A stretch of DNA of 42,210 bases from Thermodesulfobacteriota bacterium (GCA_041572575.1 JBFFSH010000019.1:1-42210), one strand, 5' to 3'. Counted from the first letter of the stretch, positions 1 through 9,945 are shown. The notes: generated by a model not told the origin, from the letters alone. Made by a program: numbers and translations.

Positions 1-114
1 AATGGAATTGACAGAAAACACTTTGTTTTGTATCTAAAAGAGATGGAATTTAGATTTAATAACAGAAATGTAGATTTAGTTAATAAAATAAAGGAGATTC
101 TGCATTACTTATAG
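1..114 (+). mobile_element. 3' end of IS1595-family (IS1016-like) DDE transposase, truncated by the window edge
   Basis: Frame +1 reads NGIDRKHFVLYLKEMEFRFNNRNVDLVNKIKEILHYL*. This matches the C-terminal 'GI...F.LYLKE.EFRFN.R' motif of IS1595/IS1016 transposases. Confidence 0.8.
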
Positions 115-134
115 CTCTGTTCTATGCGAGCTCC
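115..134. repeat. Putative right terminal inverted repeat of the IS1595-like element
   Basis: The minus strand from 134 reads GGAGCTCGCATAGAACAG, resembling IS1016-type GGGGCTG... ends. An AT-rich 8-mer (TTATTTTT, 135-142) lies just outside. The left end is outside the window. Confidence 0.45.
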
Positions 135-397
135 TTATTTTTTTTAAGATCACTAATAAAACTTTGCAAATCAGTGCTAAGGGTGTCTTTTTCTACTTCA
201 TAAGTATTATGTATCTTTTGCAATGCTTTATTTATATTTAGTGAATTTATTAGGTTATTATAAAATATTGTCCCAGTTTCATCGAGTCCAAAATAATTTT
301 CAGTTCTTGTATTGAGCATTATACTCTGCCCATCAGCAGTTTGCTGAATAATTACTTCAGATGGAAATTTAATAGTACTATTGAAATTGATATTCAT
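122..397 (-). CDS. PqqD-family / RiPP recognition element (lasso B1-like) protein
   Basis: 91 aa with 'DGQSIMLNTRTENYFGLDETGT...YEVEKDTLSTDLQSFISDL', the typical PqqD/RRE pattern. The last codons lie inside the putative IS end. Confidence 0.8.
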   Translation of the reverse strand: MNINFNSTIKFPSEVIIQQTADGQSIMLNTRTENYFGLDETGTIFYNNLINSLNINKALQKIHNTYEVEKDTLSTDLQSFISDLKKNKELA

Positions 398-466
398 TTT
401 CTAATATTATTCGACCTTAGTCGTAAATTATGTCATAGTTAATATAAAAATGCAAGTAATAAATAC

Positions 467-495
467 TTGACAACTGTAATAAAAAGACTAATAAT
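467..495 (+). promoter_or_regulatory. Probable sigma70 promoter for rpsT
   Basis: TTGACA (467-472), 17 bp spacer, AATAAT (490-495), about 40 bp upstream of rpsT. Confidence 0.5.
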
Positions 496-535
496 TGCTC
501 CCTTTAATTATAACTAAATTTTAAAGCGGGTAAAC

Positions 536-817
536 ATGGCACTAAGATCAAAATCAGGAATCAAAAGAGACCGTCAGAGCAAGGTAAGAAGAGAGAGGAA
601 CTTGCATATTAAATCTACTCTTCGATCCAAGGTTAAAACCCTGCTTTCTACAATAGAGAGTAAGGATCTGGAAAAATCCAAAGAGCTTTTGAAAGACACC
701 ACCGTAGCTTTTGATAAGGCTGCAACAAAGGGTGTAATTCATAAGAGAACAGCTTCAAGGAACATTTCCAACTTCTCAAAGAAAGTTCATAAACTGGAAG
801 CTGCCGCTCAGGCATAA
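536..817 (+). CDS. rpsT: 30S ribosomal protein S20
   Basis: KSGIKRDRQ...RN...KSTLRS...DKAATKGVIHKRTASR; convergent with holA as commonly seen. Confidence 0.96.
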   Translation: MALRSKSGIKRDRQSKVRRERNLHIKSTLRSKVKTLLSTIESKDLEKSKELLKDTTVAFDKAATKGVIHKRTASRNISNFSKKVHKLEAAAQA

Positions 818-839
818 TCTTTAAACATAACAAACTATT

Positions 840-1835
840 CTATCTGCACATCTGCATCACTGAGCTTGTAAGAAGGTCAAATCTGGGTGTCGCAGTGGAT
901 TTTAGCTTAAGCTCCGTATTATAGATAGTATCCAAAATCCTTATATATTCTTCATTTCTGAAATTTTTCATCTGTTTTTGCATATAATAGAGGTTTCCAG
1001 ATGAAATTTTGAGTGTCTTTAGTATCTCATCCTTGGATTTTTTTTCATTTACCAGTTGATTTACCTGCCATAGCTGCCTTATTCGCCAGGAAATTCTGTT
1101 TATAACAGCAATGGGTTCTTCGCCATTTTGCTCAAGCTCTGATAATATTTCATAGGCTTTGCTTTTATCTTTATTGCAAATTGCATTTATAAGCTCGAAG
1201 ACATCCTTAAACTTTGATTTTTTTATATAGTTTTCAACATCGGACTTTTCAATTATATCACCGCTCTGATTTATGGAGAGTTTTTTTATTTCACCTAAAA
1301 TATCAATCAAATTTTCCCCAACAAGCTCCGTAAGCCTCAAAATAGCATCGTTTTTAATATGATAACCCTGCTTTTCTGATTCTTTTTTTACTTTTAAGAT
1401 GATATTTTTGGAGTCTGAGGGGATATTTACGCTTATGAAATTGTCATTTGGCTTGATTTTGAACTTCTTAAGATTTTCAAACACCAAAACCATAAATGTC
1501 TGCTTGTTTGGGTTATCAATATATTCCATCAAATAGCCGGCATCGTCTTTTAGAAGTTTCTCACATTGTTTTATAACAATAATCTTAGCTGCAGAAAATA
1601 GTCCCATAGAGTTTGCAGAATCCAGAATCTCGGTGATATTTACTGAATCTGCATAATAAGAGAGATAATCGGCATCAGGATTTTTTTGCTCGACAGACTG
1701 TTTAATTTCATTTATAGACTGTTCTATAAGATACTCATCGTCTCCATGTAATATAAAAACAGGATCTAGCAGTTCTTTTTGAAGCCTGTCTTTAAGCTCA
1801 GAATATGTAAGACTGTTTTTGGTTGTTTTTGCCAT
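840..1835 (-). CDS. holA: DNA polymerase III delta subunit
   Basis: PVFILHGDDEYLI, SMGLFSAAKIIVIK, VFELINAI, ELKLKS motifs; adjacent to rpsT. Confidence 0.92.
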   Translation of the reverse strand: MAKTTKNSLTYSELKDRLQKELLDPVFILHGDDEYLIEQSINEIKQSVEQKNPDADYLSYYADSVNITEILDSANSMGLFSAAKIIVIKQCEKLLKDDAGYLMEYIDNPNKQTFMVLVFENLKKFKIKPNDNFISVNIPSDSKNIILKVKKESEKQGYHIKNDAILRLTELVGENLIDILGEIKKLSINQSGDIIEKSDVENYIKKSKFKDVFELINAICNKDKSKAYEILSELEQNGEEPIAVINRISWRIRQLWQVNQLVNEKKSKDEILKTLKISSGNLYYMQKQMKNFRNEEYIRILDTIYNTELKLKSTATPRFDLLTSSVMQMCR

Positions 1836-1880
1836 TTTGATTAATATAACCTGATTAATAAATAATCTAAATTAAAAAAT

Positions 1881-2534
1881 ATGAATAAAAATGTAAGCTG
1901 GTCACTGCTTGGAAGGATATCATATTCGGACTGTCTGGATATTCAGAATAGACTGCAAAATGATATTGTTTCCGGTAAAGATTGCTCATATGGTCATATA
2001 CTGATGCTGGAGCATGAACCAGTAATTACAGTCGGCAAATTTGGAAGTAACCAGAATTTGCTTGCAAGCCAAAAAGTGTTAAAAGAGCGGGGTATAGAGC
2101 TATTCGAAACAAACAGGGGAGGGGACTTCACATACCACGGCCCCGGGCAGCTTGTTTGTTATCCTGTTTTGAATCTTAAAGAGCTTGGCCTGGGGGTGAA
2201 GAAATATGTAAATTTACTCGAAGAGGTGATTATTCAATCTTTGAGTTCCCTGGAAATTGGTGCATGTAGGAGAGATAAATATCCAGGTGTATGGGTTGGT
2301 AATTCCAAAATTGCCTTTATAGGAATTTATGTAAAAAAGCACATTACCATGCACGGTTTTTCTTTAAATATTACTAAACAGGATGATGCATTCTCACATA
2401 TAGTTCCATGTGGTATTACCGATTTACAAATAACTTCCATATCTGAAATTTTAAAAAGAGAAGTAGAATTGAAAGAAATTATTAATATAGTGAAAGATAA
2501 CTTTGAAAATATTTTTGAAATAGAATTTGATTAA
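1881..2534 (+). CDS. lipB: Lipoyl(octanoyl) transferase
   Basis: LEHEPVITVG, RGGDFTYHGPGQLVCYP, KIAFIG, HGFSLN and IVPCG motifs. Confidence 0.95.
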   Translation: MNKNVSWSLLGRISYSDCLDIQNRLQNDIVSGKDCSYGHILMLEHEPVITVGKFGSNQNLLASQKVLKERGIELFETNRGGDFTYHGPGQLVCYPVLNLKELGLGVKKYVNLLEEVIIQSLSSLEIGACRRDKYPGVWVGNSKIAFIGIYVKKHITMHGFSLNITKQDDAFSHIVPCGITDLQITSISEILKREVELKEIINIVKDNFENIFEIEFD

Positions 2535-3181
2535 ATTTTCTTCCTATCAACAAAAAAATGATGCAAAAGCTTTTGATATTCAAACAATGTCTGCCTGAGT
2601 GAGCTCCTGTCTTTCCACCAGTTTTTAGGGTCGTAACTGTCGTAATTTGTGTATCTGACAATTCCCTTTATTTTACCCTCAGATATATCTGTGAATATTT
2701 TAGAGATTCTTTTGGTATGGGATTTGGTGCTTACCAGGATGACTTTATTAAAGTTATTGTTCTTACAAAACTTGTTTAATCTTACCAGTTCTTCAAATGT
2801 GCTCGTGTTCCTGTCTTTTGTTATGACTATACTCTTCTTTGGTATTCCAAGCTTCTGAGCAATCGATTTATTAATATCATGGCCCTCCGGGTAGGAGATT
2901 CCTTTATTTTTCAGATACTCATAACCCCCGGGCCTTGGATATTTTGAAATTATTATAAGCGGGGCATATCCTTTTTTATATATCTCGGCAGCCTCAATTA
3001 TCCTGTTTGGAACCGATCCTCCAAACACAAAGATGGCATCTGCTTTTTCCAGGTCATCCTGAATAACTAGATAGTTTCCTGCTGCCGGAAGGTAGCTGTT
3101 TCGGAATAGGTATAGACAAAGAACGGCTAAAAAAATAAAGAGGGCTGTAGAATAAGCCCTTTTATTTTTTCTGTTAGCCAT
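2531..3181 (-). CDS. YdcF/DUF218 family membrane-anchored protein
   Basis: N-terminal TM helix, ADAIFVFGG, STFEE, VILVST..HTKR, WW...R...FEY.K. Confidence 0.85.
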   Translation of the reverse strand: MANRKNKRAYSTALFIFLAVLCLYLFRNSYLPAAGNYLVIQDDLEKADAIFVFGGSVPNRIIEAAEIYKKGYAPLIIISKYPRPGGYEYLKNKGISYPEGHDINKSIAQKLGIPKKSIVITKDRNTSTFEELVRLNKFCKNNNFNKVILVSTKSHTKRISKIFTDISEGKIKGIVRYTNYDSYDPKNWWKDRSSLRQTLFEYQKLLHHFFVDRKKI

Positions 3182-3202
3182 AGTTAAACTTTAAACAAAT
3201 TC

Positions 3203-3631
3203 TTAGGCAAGTTCCAGGTCATTAAAGAAATAAACGATTTCATAGTCGGCAGATTCTGTGGAATCTGAGCCGTGTACAATATTATGCTCAATATCTGAAG
3301 CAAAGTCTTTTCTGATTGTTCCGTTATCTGCTTCAGCAGGGTTTGTTGCACCCATGGTTGTTCTTACAGTCTTTATTGCATTTTCACCCTGAAGTACCAT
3401 TAGTACGCACGGGCCTGATGACATAAAATCTGTAAGGCTGTCAAAAAATGGTCTTTCTTTGTGTACTGCATAAAAACCCTGCGCCTGTTCCTTTGAGAGT
3501 TTTACCATTTTAAGGCCTATTACCTTCATTCCTTCGCTTTCGAATCTTCTTATTACCTCTCCGATCACATTTTTTTCTACTCCGTCTGGTTTAACAATTG
3601 ATAGTGTCTTTTCCAACTTTTGTTCCTCCAC
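3203..3631 (-). CDS. ndk: Nucleoside diphosphate kinase
   Basis: [34 protein letters not shown] catalytic motif; GTG start. Confidence 0.97.
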   Translation of the reverse strand: MEEQKLEKTLSIVKPDGVEKNVIGEVIRRFESEGMKVIGLKMVKLSKEQAQGFYAVHKERPFFDSLTDFMSSGPCVLMVLQGENAIKTVRTTMGATNPAEADNGTIRKDFASDIEHNIVHGSDSTESADYEIVYFFNDLELA

Positions 3632-3736
3632 AAATAAATTTGGCCTATATTTTTATGTTAATTGCCTTTGTGTCAACATATAATGTTTAATTAACTGTTT
3701 AATTTTGAGTAGATTTAAAACAATTAGCTTAGTTAA

Positions 3737-4759
3737 ATGATAATTAAAAAGTATATAGTTAGATTTCTAGTTTTTATTTCAGTTCTATTAACTGTTCTGA
3801 TTCCCTGCGAGTTTGGGATAAGAACTATGTATCCAAAATACGACCCGTCGGGAAGGATTAAATTTGATTATAACGAGCAATTTAATATAAGGATTGGAAA
3901 GAAAAATTATTCGGGCAGTCAGATTAAGAACACAGGGGATTATGATACATATGTAGAGTTTAACAAATATGGGTTTAGGGATAAGAAGGATATTGCAGAA
4001 ATTAAACCGGATGAACTGGCAGTTGTTGGAGATTCATTTTCCCTAGGCTGGGGGGTTGATGAGCATAAAAGATATTCTGATCAGCTTCAAAAACTTATCA
4101 ATAAACCTGTATACAATATCAGTATCTCAAATAATTTAAACGGTTACCGTGAACTACTAAATTATGCAGAGTCGACAGGAGCTAAAATTAAAAATGTAAT
4201 ACTTGGGCTTTGCATGGAAAATGATTTGCTGGATTATGGAAATCGAAATAGTAATAGAATTGTCAATCCTTCAAAATATAACAAAATAAAACATTTTCTA
4301 TATAATTTTGCTCTATTTAACCTTTTTGCAACATATGTACATTCCAATTCAGAACTAAGAGATTTAGCTGTTAGATATGGTCTTATTATTGATAACCTCG
4401 ATGGAATCCCTAAAAATGAGATTGATAAAAATGTATTAAATAGCTCTGTTCATATATTAAGTGACCTCGACAAAAAATATAATCTGCTCGTTGTAATTAT
4501 TCCTTCACGCGGACTTTGGGTAGGTAAGAATAAGCAAATTGAAAGTGAGGTTCATAATAAACTCATCTCTATGCTAAGCGATAAGGAAATTGAGTTTATT
4601 GATTTAAGAAGTGAATTCGAGAAAGGTAGAAATCCTCTTGGATATCATTTTGAAAACGACGGTCACTGGAATGTACATGGGCATTCACTTGCCGCAAAGC
4701 AAATTTATGATTATTTAATTGATTGTGAGCATTCGACCTGTATACCCTGCCTGAATTAA
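3737..4759 (+). CDS. SGNH/GDSL hydrolase-family protein (AlgX/AlgJ-like, membrane-anchored)
   Basis: N-terminal TM helix, N.YGFRD, GDSF block I, END, DGHWN..GH (DxH) motifs. Confidence 0.8.
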   Translation: MIIKKYIVRFLVFISVLLTVLIPCEFGIRTMYPKYDPSGRIKFDYNEQFNIRIGKKNYSGSQIKNTGDYDTYVEFNKYGFRDKKDIAEIKPDELAVVGDSFSLGWGVDEHKRYSDQLQKLINKPVYNISISNNLNGYRELLNYAESTGAKIKNVILGLCMENDLLDYGNRNSNRIVNPSKYNKIKHFLYNFALFNLFATYVHSNSELRDLAVRYGLIIDNLDGIPKNEIDKNVLNSSVHILSDLDKKYNLLVVIIPSRGLWVGKNKQIESEVHNKLISMLSDKEIEFIDLRSEFEKGRNPLGYHFENDGHWNVHGHSLAAKQIYDYLIDCEHSTCIPCLN

Positions 4760-4766
4760 TATAATC

Positions 4767-5633
4767 CTATTCCACATTCTGTATCTGCTCTCTTATTTTT
4801 TCAAGGTCTGATCTGAGTTCGATAATAAAGTGAGATATCTTTGCGTCTTTTGATTTTGCAGAAATTGTTCCGGCTTCCCTGTTCATTTCCTGAATAAGAA
4901 AATCAAGTTCTCTTCCAACGGGAGTGTTCTTATTCATCGTGTCTTTAAATCTTTTTATGTGGGCATTTAACCTTACGGTTTCTTCAGTGAAATCGCTTTT
5001 TTCAGCGAGTATTGCGATTTCCTGAACAAGCCTTGAGTTTTCGATCTGAGAATCTTCTAATAACAGGTTTACTCTTTCTTTGAGCTTTTCTTTTGTCTCT
5101 TTTGGATAGTTCTTTCTTCTAGTTTTTATTTTAGCTAGCAGCTTTTCAATTTTATTTATTCTTTTTAGAAGCTCAGATTTAAGATATTTACCTTCAGCCT
5201 TTCTTGCATCATGAACTTTTTTAATTACTGATTTAAGGCTATTTAGTACTTTGTTGATATCAGCTTTTGTTAGTTCCTCTTTCGATTCAGTGGTAAAGAG
5301 GTCTTTTAACATCAAAAGGTGTTCAAGCTTCCTATCCCCATTTAACTTCAGGTCTTTTTTAAGTTTTTCAAGATTATTTAAAGAGTCCTTTGCAAGGCTG
5401 TAGTCCAGATGGCTGCTTTTGTTATTTAGCTTTGCTGATATATATATTCTAAACTTGCCTCTTGATATATGCTTTTTTACTATTTCCTGAATGTCGTTTT
5501 CTATCTCAGAAAGTATATCCGGCAGCTGCGTGGTTACATCAAGATATCTGTGGTTTTCTGATCTTGCTTCAATTGCAACAGTGCCAAGCGATGTCTGCAG
5601 CTCTGTTCTGCCAAATCCTGTCATACTAATCAT
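4767..5633 (-). CDS. yicC: YicC/YloC family endoribonuclease
   Basis: MISMTGFGR, RSENHRYLD, GRELDFLIQEMNREAGTISAK, EKIREQIQNVE. Confidence 0.95.
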   Translation of the reverse strand: MISMTGFGRTELQTSLGTVAIEARSENHRYLDVTTQLPDILSEIENDIQEIVKKHISRGKFRIYISAKLNNKSSHLDYSLAKDSLNNLEKLKKDLKLNGDRKLEHLLMLKDLFTTESKEELTKADINKVLNSLKSVIKKVHDARKAEGKYLKSELLKRINKIEKLLAKIKTRRKNYPKETKEKLKERVNLLLEDSQIENSRLVQEIAILAEKSDFTEETVRLNAHIKRFKDTMNKNTPVGRELDFLIQEMNREAGTISAKSKDAKISHFIIELRSDLEKIREQIQNVE

Positions 5634-6165
5634 ACATTTTTTCCTCTCTTAAATTTTTAATGTAATTTACTCTAATTTCTTTTAGAATATTCTGCAGTTC
5701 TGATGATTTGTAATCCGGATAAGTCCATTCCAATTCACTGAAATTCTTATCTCTGTAAATCAGGGTTAAATCAGCATATACTCCTTTTCCCAGGTAGGGA
5801 CGATGAGCATAACCTTTTGCTGTTGATAATACAAAATGTTCTGTTGCTAAATACCCGGGATCAATGTTAAAAACTCTTTTATTATTTACAGATGTTTGTT
5901 CTTCTATATCATTTGCTTTAATTTTAATATCTATAATTTGCTCGCGCTTTACAACTTCTTTTTTACTATATATTTTTCTAAAAAGCTCAGCACCCATCTC
6001 CTCAGTGTAATAACCTGTTTTATCAAAATTTATTATCTGACTTTCAAAATCCAGCTGTCCAAAGTTTTCTATTAATATTTGTTTTAAAAAATCCGTATCA
6101 GCGCCCCGTGCAAAGATTACAGAGAATATAATTTTAACCGGTGCTGGCTCGGTAAGCTTACTCAT
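5626..6165 (-). CDS. DUF4416 family protein
   Basis: YY..EMG..L.R, R.FNIDPGY, HRPYLGKGVYADLTL, WTYPDY; overlaps the yicC start. Confidence 0.85.
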   Translation of the reverse strand: MSKLTEPAPVKIIFSVIFARGADTDFLKQILIENFGQLDFESQIINFDKTGYYTEEMGAELFRKIYSKKEVVKREQIIDIKIKANDIEEQTSVNNKRVFNIDPGYLATEHFVLSTAKGYAHRPYLGKGVYADLTLIYRDKNFSELEWTYPDYKSSELQNILKEIRVNYIKNLREEKMYD

Positions 6166-6200
6166 TTAGTAGATGTATTAATGGTTCTGAATGGTTATTA

Positions 6201-6434
6201 TCAGGTGATTTTATCTTTTTCCTTGTCAGGTTTCTCTTCTTTCTTCTTTTGCTCAGACTGTTCATACTGTTCAAATTCGGTATCTACACTTTGCCTTAAA
6301 TCATTTTTGAACCTGTTTATGTCTTTCATGGTCTTTCCAATAGTTCTTGCGACTTTTGGTATTTCATTTGGTCCAAGCACTAGAAGCGCCACAACCAGAA
6401 TAACCAATATTTCACCCGTTCCGATTCCAAACAT
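6201..6434 (-). CDS. Twin-arginine translocase TatA/TatB subunit
   Basis: MFGIGTGEILVILVVALLVLGP.EIP..AR.IGK followed by a charged tail. Confidence 0.9.
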   Translation of the reverse strand: MFGIGTGEILVILVVALLVLGPNEIPKVARTIGKTMKDINRFKNDLRQSVDTEFEQYEQSEQKKKEEKPDKEKDKIT

Positions 6435-6519
6435 ATAATTTTTTATAAACAGACCTTTTTAATTTTTAAAAACTATATAATATATCACTTTTAAATTTAA
6501 TAAAGCTTGGAGGAATCTT

Positions 6520-7518
6520 ATGAAGGCAGCCATATACCATGAATTTGGAGAAGCAGATGTAATTAAACTTGAAGAGTATGATAAGCCTCAAATTTCTGAT
6601 GATGAAGTGCTTATAAATGTTAAATCAGTTTCACTTAATGCTCTTGATCTGAGGTTAAGATCGGGAAAATCACCAAGACCGGTTGATCTGCCACATATTG
6701 GAGGAATAGATATTGCAGGAGAGATAGCCGAGGTAGGCGGCAATGCAGGGGACTTGAATGTTGGGGATAGGGTAGTGGTAGACCCAACAGTAAGGCTTGA
6801 AAAAGGGTTTGAAGTAATTGGGGTAAACAGGCACGGCGGCCTTGCTGAGTTTGTTAAGGTGCCTGCTGTGAATGTTATCACAATTCCAGAAGGTCTGTCG
6901 TTTGACGATGCTGCTGCGGCTCCCATTTGTACAGTAACAGCTTGGTATGGGCTTGTTGAAAGGGCAGGGCTTAAAGAGGGAGAGAGAGTGCTTGTACATG
7001 CAGCAGGAAGCGGAACCGGTTGTATGGCAGTTCAGATTGCTAAACATCTTGGTGCAAGCCAGGTAATAGCTACCGCCGGGTCTGATGAAAAACTGCAAAA
7101 AGCTAAAGAGCTTGGCGCCGATGAGATAATCAATTACAACACGCAGGATTTTGCTGAAGAAGTAAAAAATATGACAGGCGGTAAGGGTGTAAACGTCATA
7201 TTTGATCAGATCGGAGCCTCTGTATATGAAAAAAATATTCAGTCACTTTCAGCAAAGGGCAGGCTTCTTCTTGTTGGAGTAGTTGGCGGGGTAAAAGCTG
7301 AGCTAATGTTCGGACCGCTTATAATGAAGGACTTGGAAGTGTTGGGAGTTACGGTGTTCAATGCACCAAGATCAAATCTTGAAAAGGCTTTAAAGCTTAC
7401 ATTAAACGGATATATAAAGTCAGTTATTGATAAGAAGTTTCCACTATCAGAGACTGCAGCAGCCCATAAGCATATTGAAAACAGAGCTCAGTTTGGAAAG
7501 GTGATTGTGAATCCGTAA
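6520..7518 (+). CDS. MDR-family zinc-independent NADPH:quinone oxidoreductase-like dehydrogenase
   Basis: PHIGGIDIAG, VLVHAAGSGTG, AHKHIENRAQFGKVIV; GGAGG RBS upstream. Confidence 0.88.
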   Translation: MKAAIYHEFGEADVIKLEEYDKPQISDDEVLINVKSVSLNALDLRLRSGKSPRPVDLPHIGGIDIAGEIAEVGGNAGDLNVGDRVVVDPTVRLEKGFEVIGVNRHGGLAEFVKVPAVNVITIPEGLSFDDAAAAPICTVTAWYGLVERAGLKEGERVLVHAAGSGTGCMAVQIAKHLGASQVIATAGSDEKLQKAKELGADEIINYNTQDFAEEVKNMTGGKGVNVIFDQIGASVYEKNIQSLSAKGRLLLVGVVGGVKAELMFGPLIMKDLEVLGVTVFNAPRSNLEKALKLTLNGYIKSVIDKKFPLSETAAAHKHIENRAQFGKVIVNP

Positions 7519-7566
7519 ATTTAAATCATAGGAATTTTATTAACACCGGCAAATCGACTAGACTAC

Positions 7567-7592
7567 AGGGTTTTTATATTATTAAAAACCCT
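7567..7592. terminator. Hairpin between convergent genes (possible terminator)
   Basis: AGGGTTTTTA (7567-7576) pairs with TAAAAACCCT (7583-7592). Confidence 0.45.
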
Positions 7593-7732
7593 AGAAATTT
7601 GTATACCGCATGCCAGATCTCGGTAAACCTTGAAAATCCCTGCAGGTAATGACCAATCATATAGTAAAGGTGTACCGATGTTATAAGTGTAATAAATATA
7701 AACAAAATGTGATGCTCAAACTTTCTAATCAT
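7574..7732 (-). CDS. Small (52 aa) putative membrane protein, translationally coupled to the GT-C gene; not in the ORF track
   Basis: ATG (7732-7730) overlaps the upstream TGA (ATGA). Translation: MIRKFEHHILFIFITLITSVHLYYMIGHYLQGFSRFTEIWHAVYKFLGFLII*. Confidence 0.55.
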   Translation of the reverse strand: MIRKFEHHILFIFITLITSVHLYYMIGHYLQGFSRFTEIWHAVYKFLGFLII

Positions 7733-9924
7733 TTTTTTGAGTTTAAATATAATATTACATTTTCATCCTTATTAATTCTTATTTTATAAACTAGTTTAGA
7801 GTTATAGCCTTTATACTTTTTATTAACACTATAGAAACTTCCTGTAACATTTTCACCTAAAAACTTATTTTCTTTACCCTCCGGAAGCATAAGGACTGAA
7901 TTTCTTATGTTCTCTGTCATAGAGAGATACTGTAATCCTATACCATAATAATCTGATGCAATTATTGGAGTATCTGTGTTAATTTTATTCCTAAGTGTCG
8001 ATGCTACTTTGATTTCTTTATTATAGTAGTTTTCATAGTGTTTTATAAGTGATTTTTGTATCTCACTGTCTTTATCCAAAAAATCCTTGTTCAGATACAA
8101 ATACGCTTTTTGAGCAATATCTATCAATACATAGTCTATATTATTTATAACCTCATCAATTGTTATTTTCTTTCCGTAATACTTAACCTTGTCTTCCTCG
8201 TGAATAAGAAATATAAGAGCATCAGGCGAAGAGGATTTATCTTCTTTAAAGTTCCACACCCTGTTTTGAAGTTTGCTGCCATAAATTGGCCCTACGTAAT
8301 CAAGAAGACTGCTTGCAAAGTAACAGTCTAATCCTGTCTCATTATTTAGAGTTATGAAGTCTAATGTTTCCCAAAGAAAAGATGCACTTGTCGATGCTAC
8401 TCGCAGGTACCTGATATTTGAATAGTTCTTTTTGTTTATATAATCATAAATGGGTGCATCAATTGCATGTGACGGGAGCTTTGCCCTTGCAAGCTGAAAT
8501 GTTGAAACAAAACAAAAAATACAGATGCAAAAAAGTACAGCGTTTTTATAAATCTGGTTTTTATTAAACTTTTCAATAACCATACCAAAAGCAATTAATC
8601 CAATAGAAATCATGAATATGGAAAATCTGGGATATAGATGAAATTCGTCGATTGGAACGATAAGAAAGAATGTAAATCCAACAGGTATCTGTATCCACAT
8701 AAATAGATTAATCAGCCTGTTTTCACTTTTTGATATGATTGATTTAACAAACAAATATATCCAGCTTGGAAAAGCCAGTCCCCAAAATATTATTCCATAT
8801 CCTCCGTTGTAAGAGCCAATTCCCCAGTCTTTGGTGAAAAACAGTTTTAGAATGGTTAAGTATTTAGAAATTATATTCAAAACGCTCAGGTCAGAGAAGC
8901 TTGTGTAGGTACTCTCAAGACCCGATATATTAAAAGGATAAAACGGATGTCCAAGTATTAAAAAATTTCTTAAATACCAGTATGAGCAGAAAATAGTTAT
9001 TATGAATAAATAAAGTCCTGCTTGCTTGAGCTTTTTTCTTGATAAACCAGGAAGGATGAGAACTTGCAAAACTAATGCGCAAAGGAGCATCGTATATTTC
9101 ATCCCTACTATTAGACCAATTGATACAGCGCATAAATATAAATATATTGGTCTTTGTGTTCTATAAAATCTGACCGAGAAGAAAATGGCAGTTAAATAGA
9201 ACACACTTACTATTAAATCAATATATCCTACTCCGGCCTGAGCCAATACAACAGGGCTAAAGAAGAAGCATAAACCAATAAACATGGAGGTTTGTGTTTT
9301 TAGTCTCATCTCTTTGGAGAGTGCGTAAATAACTACTACTGCATAAAGACCATAAAAATATTGTACCAAGCCTATTGGAATGAGATTTTTTATGAATATC
9401 ACGGGCCAAAGGAATAACAGCTCGGCATTCATAGGAAAAGCAAAATGACCTCTATAATTTATTGCCACCAGAAATATTTTTTCATGATTAATAAATTCAT
9501 AAACTGCCGGAAGATGATATGTAAGGTCGTCAATTCCCCTTGGAGGAAGAAGCAAGGCAGATAAAAACAACCAAAAACTAACTAAGCATAGCAATATCAA
9601 AAGGAATATAATGTAGGGTGAATTGAGTGACTTAAGAAATTGTGAGATCTTATTTACATCATTAGCAAAAAGGCCAACTATATTATTTTGTTTTTTATAA
9701 ACTAAGATTATTAATGCTAAAGAAATAGATGAGTTAATGAAGACTAAATAGCCGGCAGTTAGTATTTTCATTATACCAAGAAGCGTCTCAGTTAATATTA
9801 TTTGAGCCGATATAATAAGCACTGCCGCTACAATCTTTTCAGATGTTGATGTTAATTTACATAGAGTTAATAGTGCATATAAAGATAGGCAAATTAATAG
9901 AGTCGTTGTGAATAAAAGTATCAT
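7729..9924 (-). CDS. Multi-pass membrane glycosyltransferase, GT-C fold (ArnT/PMT_2-like)
   Basis: More than 10 hydrophobic segments; 'DDLTYHLP', 'FPMNAELL', 'YIDL', 'GMKYT', 'WYLRNF..GHPFYP' motifs; soluble C-terminal domain. Confidence 0.7.
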   Translation of the reverse strand: MILLFTTTLLICLSLYALLTLCKLTSTSEKIVAAVLIISAQIILTETLLGIMKILTAGYLVFINSSISLALIILVYKKQNNIVGLFANDVNKISQFLKSLNSPYIIFLLILLCLVSFWLFLSALLLPPRGIDDLTYHLPAVYEFINHEKIFLVAINYRGHFAFPMNAELLFLWPVIFIKNLIPIGLVQYFYGLYAVVVIYALSKEMRLKTQTSMFIGLCFFFSPVVLAQAGVGYIDLIVSVFYLTAIFFSVRFYRTQRPIYLYLCAVSIGLIVGMKYTMLLCALVLQVLILPGLSRKKLKQAGLYLFIITIFCSYWYLRNFLILGHPFYPFNISGLESTYTSFSDLSVLNIISKYLTILKLFFTKDWGIGSYNGGYGIIFWGLAFPSWIYLFVKSIISKSENRLINLFMWIQIPVGFTFFLIVPIDEFHLYPRFSIFMISIGLIAFGMVIEKFNKNQIYKNAVLFCICIFCFVSTFQLARAKLPSHAIDAPIYDYINKKNYSNIRYLRVASTSASFLWETLDFITLNNETGLDCYFASSLLDYVGPIYGSKLQNRVWNFKEDKSSSPDALIFLIHEEDKVKYYGKKITIDEVINNIDYVLIDIAQKAYLYLNKDFLDKDSEIQKSLIKHYENYYNKEIKVASTLRNKINTDTPIIASDYYGIGLQYLSMTENIRNSVLMLPEGKENKFLGENVTGSFYSVNKKYKGYNSKLVYKIRINKDENVILYLNSKK

Positions 9925-9945
9925 ATGTTTAAAAAAGCATATACG

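Noticed and set aside
122..535. RiPP precursor peptide near the PqqD gene
   Set aside because: No suitable small ORF is visible between PqqD and rpsT; any partners would lie outside the window.
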